Shown: positions 54,337 through 64,000, counted from the first letter of the stretch. The stretch is 64,000 nucleotides of DNA from an uncultured Candidatus Saccharibacteria bacterium (GCA_964357395.1 CAYHLC010000003.1:14080-78079), one strand, 5' to 3'. Notes: generated by a model from the letters alone, not told the origin. Program-made: numbers and translations.

Positions 54337-55551
54337 ATGCCGAAGTTTTCGGTCACCGCAGTGACCAAAGAGGATGAGCAATACCACGAGGTGGTGGAGG
54401 CTGCGACACGCTTTGATGTGTATCGCGACATCCGCGAGCGGGGCGACCGGATACTCGATGTTAAGGAGGAAGGAGGGGCATGGTGGAAGTCTGTGGGCGA
54501 CCTCTCCCTCTTCGGCTCCGTCGCGCTCGACGACAAGGTGATACTAACGCGTAACCTTGCCGCCATGCTCGAGGCGGGTCTTACTATTTCGCGCGCGCTC
54601 GGTGTTATGGAGCGCCAGTCCAAGAACAAGAAGTTGAAGTCGGTCTTAGGCTCCATGATCGGCGAGGTCAAAGGGGGCGCCACATTCTCGAGCGCACTTG
54701 CCAAATTCCCAAGCGTATTCCCCGCGCTCCTCGTCTCCATGGTCCGCGCGGGCGAGGAGTCGGGCAAGCTTGCGGAGGCCTTGCGTGTCGTATCGCTGCA
54801 GATGGAGCGCTCGAGTAACCTCACAAAGAAGATCCGAGGCGCACTCATATACCCCGCAATAGTGGTCATCGCCATGATCGGTATTGGGATACTGATGCTC
54901 ATCTATGTGGTGCCGACCTTGACCCAAACCTTCAACGAGGTGGGGGCCAAGCTGCCTCCAACCACGCAGGCCATCATTAGTGTTTCTGCGTTCCTCACCG
55001 AGCATACGCTCCTCGCGCTCGGCGGCTTTCTCCTCTTCATTATATTACTCGTGGGTCTCGCGCGTACCGCGCAGGGCAAGTATGCGCTCAACTGGCTCTT
55101 CCTCCGCATGCCAGTCATTAGCAACTTGGTCCAGGAGACATACTCGGCTCGCACGGCGCGCACCTTGGCGTCACTCCTTTCTGCAGGAGTCGACGTCGTG
55201 TACTCGATAACGATTACGCGCGACGTCGTTCAGAACATCTTTTACCAAAACGTACTGAAGGAGACAGAGGCCTCTGTGGTGAAAGGGGGCCAGATATCCG
55301 CAACGCTTGCCAAGTACCCAAATCTCTATCCGCCCATGGTGGCAGAGATGGTGGCCGTGGGCGAGGAGACTGGCCGCCTCTCCGACATGCTGAAAGAGAC
55401 CGCCACATTTTACGAAGAATCGGTCGAGCAGCAGACTAAGGACCTCTCGACTATTATCGAGCCCTTGCTGATGGTTATGATTGGCGGGTTCGTAGGATTC
55501 TTTGCGATATCGATGATCGCCCCTATTTACTCACTCTCTAGTGGTATCTAG
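54337..55551 (+). CDS. pilC: type IV pilus inner-membrane platform protein PilC (GspF family)
   Basis: Two GspF repeats. 404 aa. Confidence 0.9.
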   Translation: MPKFSVTAVTKEDEQYHEVVEAATRFDVYRDIRERGDRILDVKEEGGAWWKSVGDLSLFGSVALDDKVILTRNLAAMLEAGLTISRALGVMERQSKNKKLKSVLGSMIGEVKGGATFSSALAKFPSVFPALLVSMVRAGEESGKLAEALRVVSLQMERSSNLTKKIRGALIYPAIVVIAMIGIGILMLIYVVPTLTQTFNEVGAKLPPTTQAIISVSAFLTEHTLLALGGFLLFIILLVGLARTAQGKYALNWLFLRMPVISNLVQETYSARTARTLASLLSAGVDVVYSITITRDVVQNIFYQNVLKETEASVVKGGQISATLAKYPNLYPPMVAEMVAVGEETGRLSDMLKETATFYEESVEQQTKDLSTIIEPLLMVMIGGFVGFFAISMIAPIYSLSSGI

Positions 55552-57265
55552 TATGCCAGCGCGGGGAATGACATTTATAGACGTTGTTGTGGGCGTCTCG
55601 CTCATGCTCCTCGTCTTCCTTTCGATCTTTGCTGCGTACCAACTCGCTATCGAGCTGGTGTACTCTACCAAGGCGAAGGCGGGCGGGATGTCACTCGTGA
55701 CGCAGCAGCTCGAGTACGTACGCGGCCTACCGTACGAGGAGATCGGCACGGTGGGCGGTATTCCTGCCGGAACTATTCCGCAAGTCGCGACCACCTCGAT
55801 CAATAACATTCAGTACACGGTGCGCACACTGGTCCTCTATACCGATGCGCCCGAGGATGGGCTTGGTGGCGCTGACACCACTGGTATTACCGCAGACTAC
55901 AAGACAATAAAGGTAGAAGCCTCATGGGCAGTGCGGAGCTCGCCGCGCAGCACCTTTGCGCTCACCCGCGTCTCGCCGCACGGGGTCGAGTCCTTGACTT
56001 CGGGCGGGACACTGCGGATCGAGGTCTTTGATGCGCTCGCGGCTCCGCTGCAGGGCGCGAGTGTGCATATACAAAATGATGTGTTAGTACCAACAATCGA
56101 CGTCACCGTAGAGAGCGATGCATCAGGCACGGTGCTGGTCCCGGGCGCACCTGCAGCTGCGAACTATCAGATCGAGGTGACCCGCGGCGGGTACTCGTCC
56201 GCACGCACCTATGCGGCAACGACCGAGAATCCAAACCCAAATCCCGGCCACCTCGCTGTTGCCAACCAGCAAACGACGACCGCAAGCTTTTTTATCGATC
56301 GCACGGGCACACTCCGGTTCTACACATACACTCCGATCGCAGGAGGCTTCTTTAGTGATGACTTTGACGGCGAGGACAAGCTCGCTGCGACGACCTCTGT
56401 TGCTGCAATCTCCGGCGCGCTCAGTCTTGTTGCGGACGAGGCGGGGTACGTCGCGTCCGGCGAGGCGTATTCGATGAGTGTTGCGCCTCCGCTCCTTAGC
56501 GCATGGGACACGCTCAGCTGGGACGCAGAGGCGCCAAGCGGCACTACCCTCGCGGTGCAGCTCTACTATCTCTCGGGAGCGGAGTACGCGCTTGTGCCGG
56601 ACGCCCTTGTTTCGGGGAACAGCGCCGGCCTCACCTCGGAGTCGGTGTCGATCGCTACGCTCGCGACCTCCACGTTCCCCTCGCTCAGGATCAAGGCGCT
56701 CCTCACTGGAGACACCACTCTGACACCCACCTTGGATACCTGGCGCATTGACTACGAGGCTGGCCCATCACCGCTTCCCAATATCGGCATTGATATTCAT
56801 GGTGACAAGTCTATCGGGAATGCAGTTGGGGGCGAGCCGATATATGCGTACGATGATTCGTTCAGCACCAATCAGTATGGCGAGTGGGTCCTTGAGGATA
56901 TGGAGTGGGATGCGTACGCCGTTCAGTTATCAGATACTCTCTACGATATCGCGTCGCAGTGTCCGTACCCGCTCTCGCTCGCGCCTGGAAGTGATACCAG
57001 CGTCTCTCTTATGCTCAACTCTCATACGTCGCACTCACTCCGCGTTGTTGTGGCTGGCTCGGGGGTGGCACTCTCTGGCGCTACAGTAGCGATCGCAGGA
57101 CCAGCTGCGGAGGAGGGGACCACCGACTCGTGTGGACAGGTCTTCTTTAGTGGGCTCTCGGTGGGGACCTACACCCTTACCGTGACTGCGAGCGGGTTTC
57201 AGCCCTCAACGCAGGAGACGTCGGTTGCAGGACGCACCGTAACTCCGATCGCACTCTCCCCATAA
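55541..57265 (+). CDS. large pseudopilin-like protein with prepilin-type N-terminus
   Basis: MPARG/MTFIDVVVGVSLMLLVFLSIFAAYQ resembles a class III signal with a hydrophobic helix. 574 aa, Thr/Ser/Ala-rich, extracellular. Confidence 0.55.
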   Translation: MVSSMPARGMTFIDVVVGVSLMLLVFLSIFAAYQLAIELVYSTKAKAGGMSLVTQQLEYVRGLPYEEIGTVGGIPAGTIPQVATTSINNIQYTVRTLVLYTDAPEDGLGGADTTGITADYKTIKVEASWAVRSSPRSTFALTRVSPHGVESLTSGGTLRIEVFDALAAPLQGASVHIQNDVLVPTIDVTVESDASGTVLVPGAPAAANYQIEVTRGGYSSARTYAATTENPNPNPGHLAVANQQTTTASFFIDRTGTLRFYTYTPIAGGFFSDDFDGEDKLAATTSVAAISGALSLVADEAGYVASGEAYSMSVAPPLLSAWDTLSWDAEAPSGTTLAVQLYYLSGAEYALVPDALVSGNSAGLTSESVSIATLATSTFPSLRIKALLTGDTTLTPTLDTWRIDYEAGPSPLPNIGIDIHGDKSIGNAVGGEPIYAYDDSFSTNQYGEWVLEDMEWDAYAVQLSDTLYDIASQCPYPLSLAPGSDTSVSLMLNSHTSHSLRVVVAGSGVALSGATVAIAGPAAEEGTTDSCGQVFFSGLSVGTYTLTVTASGFQPSTQETSVAGRTVTPIALSP

Positions 57266-57266
57266 T

Positions 57267-57854
57267 ATGCACACACCACATGGCCTTACGTTTGTCGAAA
57301 TGCTGATCACGATCGCGATCATCTCGATCATTATGATCGCGATCGTCGACTCGATCATCTTCTTTTATCGCGCCAACACCTCATCGATCGAGCAGGAGTA
57401 CCAAGTCGAGCACGCCCGCAGGGGTGCCGAGCTTATGATCCGCGACTTGCGCGAGACGACGTACGCTGACTCGGGCGCGTATCCGCTCGCTACTATCGCG
57501 ACCTCGACCGTCACCTTTTACACCGATACTGACACCGACGGATCGATCGAGCGGATCCGCTACACATTGCTCGGCACGAACCTGTACCGGAACGTCACCG
57601 AGGCAGCCGGCGCCCCGCCCGCCTATACGGGGGGCGGGGCGACGAGTACAGTATCGCGCTATATCCGGAACAACGATGAGGCCGCCCCGCTCTTCCGCTA
57701 CTTTGATAACACAAACACCGAGGTGAGTAGTGAGGACATTGCTGATGTGGTCTCTGTCACGGTCAATCTGGTCGTGGATATCACACAGCAACATACGCCA
57801 GGCAAGTTTACGCTGAGGGATAGTGCTACACTTCGTAACCTACGCGCACAATGA
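57267..57854 (+). CDS. prepilin-type N-terminal cleavage/methylation domain pseudopilin
   Basis: MHTPHG/LTFVEMLITIAIISII is a canonical G/xTxxE prepilin peptidase site with Glu at +5. 195 aa. Confidence 0.7.
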   Translation: MHTPHGLTFVEMLITIAIISIIMIAIVDSIIFFYRANTSSIEQEYQVEHARRGAELMIRDLRETTYADSGAYPLATIATSTVTFYTDTDTDGSIERIRYTLLGTNLYRNVTEAAGAPPAYTGGGATSTVSRYIRNNDEAAPLFRYFDNTNTEVSSEDIADVVSVTVNLVVDITQQHTPGKFTLRDSATLRNLRAQ

Positions 57855-59275
57855 AACATACTCGCGGCTACTTTACGCTCCTCGTCCTCGTCTACTCCGC
57901 AGTCTTTTTGACACTCCTCTCTTCGCTCGCTGGTTACATTTTTATAGAAAAGCGGCTCGAGCTCGCCAAAGAGAACAAGGAAAAGGCATTCCAATTAGCG
58001 GAAGCAGGGCTCGAGTACTATCGCTGGCACCTCGCGCACTGGCCGAGCGACCTCAAGGACGGGACCGGGCAGCCCGGCCCATACGTGCATACGGTACCTG
58101 ACCCAGAGGGTGGGACGCTCGGCACCTTCTCACTCGATATTTCTGGCGGCGAAGTGTGTGGGCAGGTAAACTCGTTGGTCATCAGCGCTACCGGTGCTGC
58201 TGCTGCGGATCCGACATACACCCGCACCCTGACTGCGCGCTATACCAAGCCGACAGTCGCCGAGTTTAACACTATCGTCAACTCGAATGTCTGGGTGGGT
58301 GCCGACCGTATTATCACTGGCCCTTACCACTCGAATGGGGGTATCCGTATGGACGCAACGCATAATGCTGACGTCACGTCGGGGGTGGCATCGTGGCTTT
58401 GCACATCCTCCTTCGGCTGTACACCAAATCAGAATCAGAACGGCGTCTTCGGAGCGGGCTCGCAGCCGGAATTGTGGCGCTTCCCGGTGCCCTCGGTCGA
58501 TTTTGCGGGGATTAGTGTTGATCTCTCTGCACTCAAAAATTATGCGACCACCTCGGGTATTTATGTACCGCCGTCAAACGGGTATGGGTGGCGCGTGACA
58601 CTTCGCGCGGACGGGCAGATGGAGCTCCGCAAGGTGGTTGGGGCAATACAGGTGTGGAGCTACTCGATCGAGGGCGGGTGGCAGCAGGAGCGCACCGTGA
58701 TGTCGAGTGTGCAGGACGAAACAACAAGCATTGTCCTCCCCACCTGCCCCGTCATCTTTGTCGAGGACAATGTGTGGCTTGATGGTGTGGTCTCGGGGCA
58801 CGTCACACTCGCTGCAGCCGACGTAACGGGGGCATCGATCGATCGCTCGGTGATACTGAGCGATAACATCACCTACGCCGGTGGGACTAATGATGGACTT
58901 ACTGTGATTGGCGAGCAGGATGTGCTAATCGGATTGCAGGTGCCGGACGTGATGACAATCAACGGTGTGTTCATTGCACAGAAGGGGCACTTTGGTCGTA
59001 ACCACTATTGCCAGAGCGACTGCTCGACGCAGTCGGGTAACCAGGGCCTCCCCGGCACGCTGGACCCCTATGTCACACGCTCGACACTCAACACGAATGG
59101 CACCGTGGTCTCTAACGGCCGCGTCGGTACCAAGTGGATGAGTGGCAACACCTTCATCTCCGGCTTTGCGCTGCGCAACGACACCTTTGATCGCGACCTC
59201 GCCGCCAACCCGCCGCCCTTCACCCCCGCCATCTCCGACGATTTCCGCTTCATCGAGTGGCGCGACCAGCGGTAG
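57851..59275 (+). CDS. PilX-like minor pilin / pilus-associated protein
   Basis: MKHTRG/YFTLLVLVYSAVFLTLL pilin-like N-terminus. 474 aa. Overlaps the previous gene by 4 nt. Confidence 0.5.
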   Translation: MKHTRGYFTLLVLVYSAVFLTLLSSLAGYIFIEKRLELAKENKEKAFQLAEAGLEYYRWHLAHWPSDLKDGTGQPGPYVHTVPDPEGGTLGTFSLDISGGEVCGQVNSLVISATGAAAADPTYTRTLTARYTKPTVAEFNTIVNSNVWVGADRIITGPYHSNGGIRMDATHNADVTSGVASWLCTSSFGCTPNQNQNGVFGAGSQPELWRFPVPSVDFAGISVDLSALKNYATTSGIYVPPSNGYGWRVTLRADGQMELRKVVGAIQVWSYSIEGGWQQERTVMSSVQDETTSIVLPTCPVIFVEDNVWLDGVVSGHVTLAAADVTGASIDRSVILSDNITYAGGTNDGLTVIGEQDVLIGLQVPDVMTINGVFIAQKGHFGRNHYCQSDCSTQSGNQGLPGTLDPYVTRSTLNTNGTVVSNGRVGTKWMSGNTFISGFALRNDTFDRDLAANPPPFTPAISDDFRFIEWRDQR

Positions 59276-59434
59276 CTGCTGGGGTCGAGCTGGCGAGCAG
59301 CATTTCGTCGGACACACATATTTTTCTGCTGAAAAATTGCTCAGTCTCGGCTACCCGCCTGCGAAGCTCCTCCGAAATGCTCTCACCAGCTGCCCCTCAG
59401 CTGCTACAATCTGCAAAATGCTACAATACGAAGC

Positions 59435-60196
59435 GTGAGGAAACACTCGACACTACTCGTTGGTAATTGGAAAGCTTTCGTTTCCTCTCCCAAGGAGGCA
59501 CTTACCCTAATTAAGAAGATCGAGCGCGGATTGCCGCGCGGCATGAAGTCAGAAATAGTCGTCTGCCCGCCCGCACCCATACTTGCGTACCTACGCGATA
59601 GCTATGCGGGACGCCGGATTGCTTTTGGTGCGCAGCATATCTCTATCTCTGGGCTCGGAGCCAACACGGGCGAGGATGCGGGGGAGTTGGTACGCGCTGC
59701 TGGCGCTACCTATACGATAGTAGGTCACGCGGAACGACGTGCCGAGGGCGAGGATGACGAGCGAGTAGCCAAAGAGGCACGCGCAGCGCTCGACTCGGGC
59801 CTCACCCCCATCATTTGTGTGGGTGAGGAGGAGCGAGACAAGGACGGCCACTACTTTGCAAAGATCGAGAAGACGCTCGCGGGCTCAGTCTCGCGCATAC
59901 TGCCGCACGAGATAGGACGGGTGGTTATTGCCTACGAGCCAGTATGGGCTATCGGCGCCCCACTCGCGCCCGGCGCCCGCGTCGTTGCTGAGGCTACGCT
60001 CTATGTACGAAAGACGCTTGCATCGCTCTATGGCAGAGAGGCAGCACTGAAGACCAGGATCATCTACGGAGGGGCTGTCGATGAGACAACCGCAGGCGAG
60101 CTTAAGAAGGACGGACAGGTAAACGGCTTTCTGATCGGACGCGCCTCCGTCGACGCACTTAAGTTTCCTCTGATAGTGCGCGCATGCGAGTCCTAA
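59435..60196 (+). CDS. tpiA: triosephosphate isomerase
   Basis: GNWK, IVGHAERR, AYEPVWAIG and IIYGGAV motifs. 253 aa. Confidence 0.9.
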   Translation: MRKHSTLLVGNWKAFVSSPKEALTLIKKIERGLPRGMKSEIVVCPPAPILAYLRDSYAGRRIAFGAQHISISGLGANTGEDAGELVRAAGATYTIVGHAERRAEGEDDERVAKEARAALDSGLTPIICVGEEERDKDGHYFAKIEKTLAGSVSRILPHEIGRVVIAYEPVWAIGAPLAPGARVVAEATLYVRKTLASLYGREAALKTRIIYGGAVDETTAGELKKDGQVNGFLIGRASVDALKFPLIVRACES

Positions 60197-61317
60197 CGCT
60201 TAAGGATGCACCAGATTTGAAGGGCCACACTGTGTTGGTGCGGAGTGCGCTCAATGTACCGATCGCGGGCGGCAAAATTGCAGCACCATTCCGCCTCGAG
60301 GCAGCGCTCCATACACTGCAGTATTTGGTGCAGCATGGCGCTAAGGTGGTGATACTCTCTCATATCAATGGCGACGGCGTGCCGTCGCTCCGGCCGGTGT
60401 ATGAATACCTACGAACCAAGTTGCCACTCATGTTTGCGGACGATGTGGTGGGGGACCGGGCACTCGCTGCCGCACGCGGGTTGCAGAACGGTACCGCGCT
60501 TATGCTCGAGAATGTGCGCCGCGATAAGCGAGAGGAGGCGAACGATGACGAATTTGCGCGTAGGCTCGCGCTCCTCGGAGATATTTTTGTTAATGATGAC
60601 TTTACTGTTGCGCATCGCGTCCACGCCTCGGTCGTTGGTGTACCCAAGTACCTGCCCTCATATGCTGGGCTGCAGTTCGAGGCGGAGCTCTCGCACCTCA
60701 CTCGGGCGCTCGAGCCGCAGAGTCCATCAATAGCGATCATCGGTGGCGCCAAGTTTGTGACCAAGGAGGCGCTGATCAGGGCGCTCTTGCCGAAGTATGA
60801 CCACCTCTTCATTACAGGCGCTCTCTCGAACGACTTTTTCAAAGCAGAGGGCGTCGAGGTCGGCAAGTCCCTAGTCTCTCCAGAGTCACACGTTAAGGAT
60901 CTCCTGAAGAACGGCAAGATCATGCTGCCGGTCGACGTGACGGTGGACGGCCCATTGGGCAGGATGCATAAGGATGTAGACGATGTGCTAGAGACCGAAG
61001 CAATTTGGGATATTGGCCCTCGTACACTAGAGCTCGTCGCCTCGGTAGTGCGGAAGTCGAACACGATATTGTGGAATGGCCCGACCGGGAAGTATGAGGC
61101 AGGCTTTACCGAGATGACGTGTGCACTCGCGAAGGTGGTTGCCGAGTCCAAGGGTATGTCAATTGTGGGTGGGGGCGACACTATTGCCGCTATCGAGACC
61201 TTGGGCCGCCAGGCCGAATTCACCTTTATGTCGACCGCAGGTGGGGCGATGCTCGACTACCTCGCCCACGGTACCCTCCCTGGTATCGAGGCCCTGAAGA
61301 ATTCACGGAAAGTGTAG
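60184..61317 (+). CDS. pgk: phosphoglycerate kinase
   Basis: LENVRRDKREEANDDEFARRLALLGDIFVNDDFTVAHRVHASVVG plus a C-terminal ATP-binding domain. 377 aa. Overlaps the tpiA stop. Confidence 0.95.
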   Translation: MRVLTLKDAPDLKGHTVLVRSALNVPIAGGKIAAPFRLEAALHTLQYLVQHGAKVVILSHINGDGVPSLRPVYEYLRTKLPLMFADDVVGDRALAAARGLQNGTALMLENVRRDKREEANDDEFARRLALLGDIFVNDDFTVAHRVHASVVGVPKYLPSYAGLQFEAELSHLTRALEPQSPSIAIIGGAKFVTKEALIRALLPKYDHLFITGALSNDFFKAEGVEVGKSLVSPESHVKDLLKNGKIMLPVDVTVDGPLGRMHKDVDDVLETEAIWDIGPRTLELVASVVRKSNTILWNGPTGKYEAGFTEMTCALAKVVAESKGMSIVGGGDTIAAIETLGRQAEFTFMSTAGGAMLDYLAHGTLPGIEALKNSRKV

Positions 61318-61548
61318 TCCAGCTATTGACCATATAGTGGTATTGTGCTATAGTTAGCCGCGCAACTATGGCCGGGGAAAACGCACACGTAGCACGGTAC
61401 CGATTTTGGGAAGGACGCTTCTGGGCAGAGAGAGACCCCCATATGAAAATACGAATTTCAATGCTGCTCGCCGCATTTGCGACTGCTGCAGGAGCTGCGG
61501 GTGTCAGCGTTTTATAGCTAGCAGGAGCCACCGTGCTACGCTTTTGTA

Positions 61549-63219
61549 GTGAGTCCGCTGGTACTAAGGCTATTAGAGGAGAGGGGTATTACTGACACTG
61601 ATGCCTTTCTGAATCCCTCATACGAGGCGCGGCACGATCCGTTCTTGCTGAAAGATATGGATACAGCGGTGGACCGCATACTCGCCGCGATTGCAGGTGG
61701 CGAAAGGATAGCCGTCTGGCATGATTATGATTGCGACGGAATCCCGGGCGGGGCGCTGCTCTCGGACTTCTTCAATAAGATCGGACACCCCGTACGAATG
61801 ATAGTTGCAGAGCGGAATGAAGGGTACGGTCTCAATGAGGAGGGGATCAAGTTGCTTGTGTCGGAAGGTGTTAAGGTTTTGGTCACTGTAGATTGTGGCA
61901 TTACAGATAACAAAGAGGTAGCACTCGCGCAATCCCTAGGCATCGACGTTATTGTTACTGACCACCACCTCCCCTCGGTAGAGCTTCCACCTGCCTACGC
62001 AGTAATCAATGCGCACCGCGCAGACGACGAGTACCCGTTCAAGGATTTGTGCGGTACCGGAGTCGCATTCAAGCTTGTCGAAGCGATAGTGGCCCGCCTC
62101 CGCCAAGGCTATGGCGGGTTGTCCATAGCCTACGGCGAAGGACAACAGAAGTGGCTGTTGGATTTGGTCGCACTCGCAACTGTTGCAGACATGGTGCCGC
62201 TCACCGGGGAGAATCGTACATTAGTTAGATACGGCCTCCAGGTTATGCAGCGTGGACGACGGAAGGGACTTGCAGCGCTTTTCAGAAAAGAGCGGATCCC
62301 ACAGAATGAGGTGACAGAAACCGATATCGCTTTTTCGATAGCACCAAAGATTAATGCGTCGAGCCGTATGGAGAGCCCGAAGCTCGCCTTCGAGCTCCTC
62401 ACTACTACCGATGACGTGCGCGCAAATGAGCTTGCAAACAAGTTGGTGTCGCTCAATAAATCGCGGAAGCTGGAGGGCGCGCGCGTAGCAAAGGAGGTGA
62501 AGCGCCGTATCGCAGGTATGCCAGTCATTGGCGACATCATTGTGATGGGCTCATCCGAGTGGCGCCCCTCCTTATTAGGCATTGCTGGCAACAATGTTGT
62601 CGAGACATACCACAAGACGGTGTGCCTCTGGGGCCGCGATGGCGACCTAATCAAAGGCTCGATACGCAGCAATGGCCAAGTCAATGTGGTGGAACTGATG
62701 CGCGGCGCTGCACACGTGTTTGCGGACTACGGCGGGCATGAGTCCTCGGGCGGCTTTTCCATAACCGCGGAAGCGATACATCAGCTACCCATCGCGCTCG
62801 AGGAGTCATTGCGTAGCTTGGGACTCGCGGAGGTCTCTGCCGAGGCCGCGCCGCATGATGGGGTACTAACGCTGTCGGAAGCGAACAGTAAGACATACGC
62901 CGCGCTCACGCAGATGGCTCCGTTTGGGATGAGTAATCCGAAGCCCGTGTTCCGCTTTGCTGATGTTCGTGTCGAACGAGTCATGTTTTTTGGTGCAGGC
63001 AAGGACCATGTGCGTCTCTCCCTTTCCGACAGCACACTGAGTGAGATCGGATCTCACTCAGTTGAGGCGATAGCCTTTTTCATCAACCGCTCCAGCTTCG
63101 GCGACACACTGGAACTCCTCTCGCAGGGCGATCGAGTGACGCTCGACGCATCGCTTGATAAGTCCTTCTTCAACGGCCGCTCCTCCTTGCGCCTCCGCAT
63201 CGAAGATCTTAAGATGTAA
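61549..63219 (+). CDS. recJ: single-stranded-DNA-specific exonuclease RecJ
   Basis: DHH motifs (IAVWHDYDCDGIPG; VTVDCG; VTDHH) and a DHHA1 domain. 556 aa. Confidence 0.9.
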   Translation: MSPLVLRLLEERGITDTDAFLNPSYEARHDPFLLKDMDTAVDRILAAIAGGERIAVWHDYDCDGIPGGALLSDFFNKIGHPVRMIVAERNEGYGLNEEGIKLLVSEGVKVLVTVDCGITDNKEVALAQSLGIDVIVTDHHLPSVELPPAYAVINAHRADDEYPFKDLCGTGVAFKLVEAIVARLRQGYGGLSIAYGEGQQKWLLDLVALATVADMVPLTGENRTLVRYGLQVMQRGRRKGLAALFRKERIPQNEVTETDIAFSIAPKINASSRMESPKLAFELLTTTDDVRANELANKLVSLNKSRKLEGARVAKEVKRRIAGMPVIGDIIVMGSSEWRPSLLGIAGNNVVETYHKTVCLWGRDGDLIKGSIRSNGQVNVVELMRGAAHVFADYGGHESSGGFSITAEAIHQLPIALEESLRSLGLAEVSAEAAPHDGVLTLSEANSKTYAALTQMAPFGMSNPKPVFRFADVRVERVMFFGAGKDHVRLSLSDSTLSEIGSHSVEAIAFFINRSSFGDTLELLSQGDRVTLDASLDKSFFNGRSSLRLRIEDLKM

Positions 63220-63221
63220 CT

Positions 63222-63377
63222 ATGGGCTTTGAGCTTGGTAAGCAACCAAGACCCGCTGAGGCAGTAACTTGCCTTGATTGTGGTGGGACTGGCGAGGGTG
63301 ATCAGGGCGAGTTCGGCATTCTTGCATGTGAGAAGTGCGACGGACGCGGGTGGTATATACCTGAAAGCCCGTCGTAG
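63222..63377 (+). CDS. possible 51-aa zinc-ribbon mini-protein with two DnaJ-type CxxCxGxG repeats
   Basis: MGFELGKQPRPAEAVTCLDCGGTGEGDQGEFGILACEKCDGRGWYIPESPS. Starts 3 nt after the recJ stop. Confidence 0.3.
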   Translation: MGFELGKQPRPAEAVTCLDCGGTGEGDQGEFGILACEKCDGRGWYIPESPS

Positions 63378-63389
63378 TACACTGCGCGC

Positions 63390-63743
63390 ATGGATTCGGC
63401 TTCGCTCGCGCTTGCAAAGACTTTTTTGGGAAAGGAGGTGGAGGTGACTTTCGATCGGCCACTTGGCTCGCGACATCCGAAACACGACTATGTATACGAG
63501 GTTAACTACGGATATATCGAAGGGGTTATGGCTCCAGATGGTGAGGACTTGGACGTGTACTACCTGGGCGTAGCTGAGCCGTTGCAGAAGGCGACCGGTA
63601 CCGTTATTGCTATCGTGCACCGCGCCGACAATGACGACGATAAGCTGGTAGTCGTTCCAGCGGGCACGACCTTTTTGGACGAGGAGATATTGAAGCAAGT
63701 TCATTTCCAGGAACAGTGGTTTAAGAGTGAGATAATCCGCTAG
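63390..63743 (+). CDS. short inorganic-pyrophosphatase-like protein (117 aa)
   Basis: EVNYGYIEGVMAPDGEDLDVYYLG parallels the family I PPase NYGFIP.T..EDGDPLDVLV core. Confidence 0.5.
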   Translation: MDSASLALAKTFLGKEVEVTFDRPLGSRHPKHDYVYEVNYGYIEGVMAPDGEDLDVYYLGVAEPLQKATGTVIAIVHRADNDDDKLVVVPAGTTFLDEEILKQVHFQEQWFKSEIIR

Positions 63744-63745
63744 GT

Positions 63746-64000
63746 ATGCAGATTAGGCGATTGCCAGTGTGGACCAAGGTAGCGGACACAGTGCTTCGTC
63801 CGATAATGATTCTTATATCAGGCGCGCCGATGGAGCGGCCACAGGAGACGCACAACTGGCATATACAAAAGTTGAAGGAGGGGACAGCCCTGGATCAGAG
63901 CATGACGGTCAAGGTGGCAGGGAAGGGCGACTCACCATTTAAGAAAGCTGGTGGGCCGCTGTTCCATATGCCGATCATCGGTGGGTGGCGCGAGTACGTC
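63746..64000 (+). CDS. hypothetical protein, 5' fragment (runs off window end)
   Basis: Open frame from ATG (MQIRRLPVWTKVADTVLRPIMILISGAPMERPQETHNWHIQKLKEG...) with no stop before position 64000. Confidence 0.35.
   Translation, partial: MQIRRLPVWTKVADTVLRPIMILISGAPMERPQETHNWHIQKLKEGTALDQSMTVKVAGKGDSPFKKAGGPLFHMPIIGGWREYV

Noticed and set aside
60360-61223. 287-aa minus ORF inside pgk
   Set aside because: Antisense shadow ORF.
63054-63704. 216-aa minus ORF spanning recJ 3' end and the PPase-like gene
   Set aside because: Antisense to two better-supported + strand genes.
1-64000. CRISPR arrays, rRNA genes, transposases, prophage
   Set aside because: Scanned both strands for regular direct repeats, rRNA-like conserved stretches, and DDE, integrase or capsid-like proteins. 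None found apart from the XerC/D-type chromosomal recombinase.

Overview
The window is about 64 kb of a compact, gene-dense, fairly GC-rich bacterial chromosome. GC looks roughly 55-60% by eye, with a few visibly AT-richer islands.

Identifiable housekeeping genes include pnp, rpsO, rny, an HU-family gene, nusA, trigger factor, ppa, clpP, tpiA, pgk, recJ, xth, the CCA-adding enzyme, comM, a XerC/D-type recombinase and a truncated UvrD/PcrA helicase at the left edge. Four tRNAs are present (Arg-TCG, Gly-GCC, Pro-TGG, Gly-TCC). A type IV pilus block (pilB, pilC, three pseudopilin-like genes) spans 51.9-59.3 kb.

Two loci stand out. At 29.8-46.9 kb a single LivHMGF-type ABC importer is surrounded by five paralogous, signal-anchored LivJ-type substrate-binding proteins, an MFS transporter, a Doc/AbrB-type toxin-antitoxin pair inserted between livH and livM, a ClpP gene, and six TrmB-family winged-helix regulators. 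Four of these regulators sit head-to-head with an SBP and share an intergenic region carrying a distinct dyad-symmetric element. At 20.4-23.5 kb an XRE-type HTH fused to an L-asparaginase-like domain sits upstream of an ECF sigma/anti-sigma pair.

The window also holds many tiny ORFs encoding single-helix membrane peptides, several consensus-like promoters placed 5-10 nt from start codons, strong intrinsic terminators, and a low-GC islet flanked by tRNAs that carries an HTH gene of unknown type and CACGTG palindromes. No CRISPR array, rRNA, transposase or obvious prophage was seen.

RNase Y, SBPs without a lipobox, DUF5667-like anti-sigma and abundant mini-proteins are compatible with a monoderm, possibly Patescibacteria/CPR-like organism, but this cannot be established from the sequence alone. 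Coordinates of features not in the ORF track (tRNAs, small ORFs, promoters, terminators) were derived by hand and may be off by 1-2 nt.
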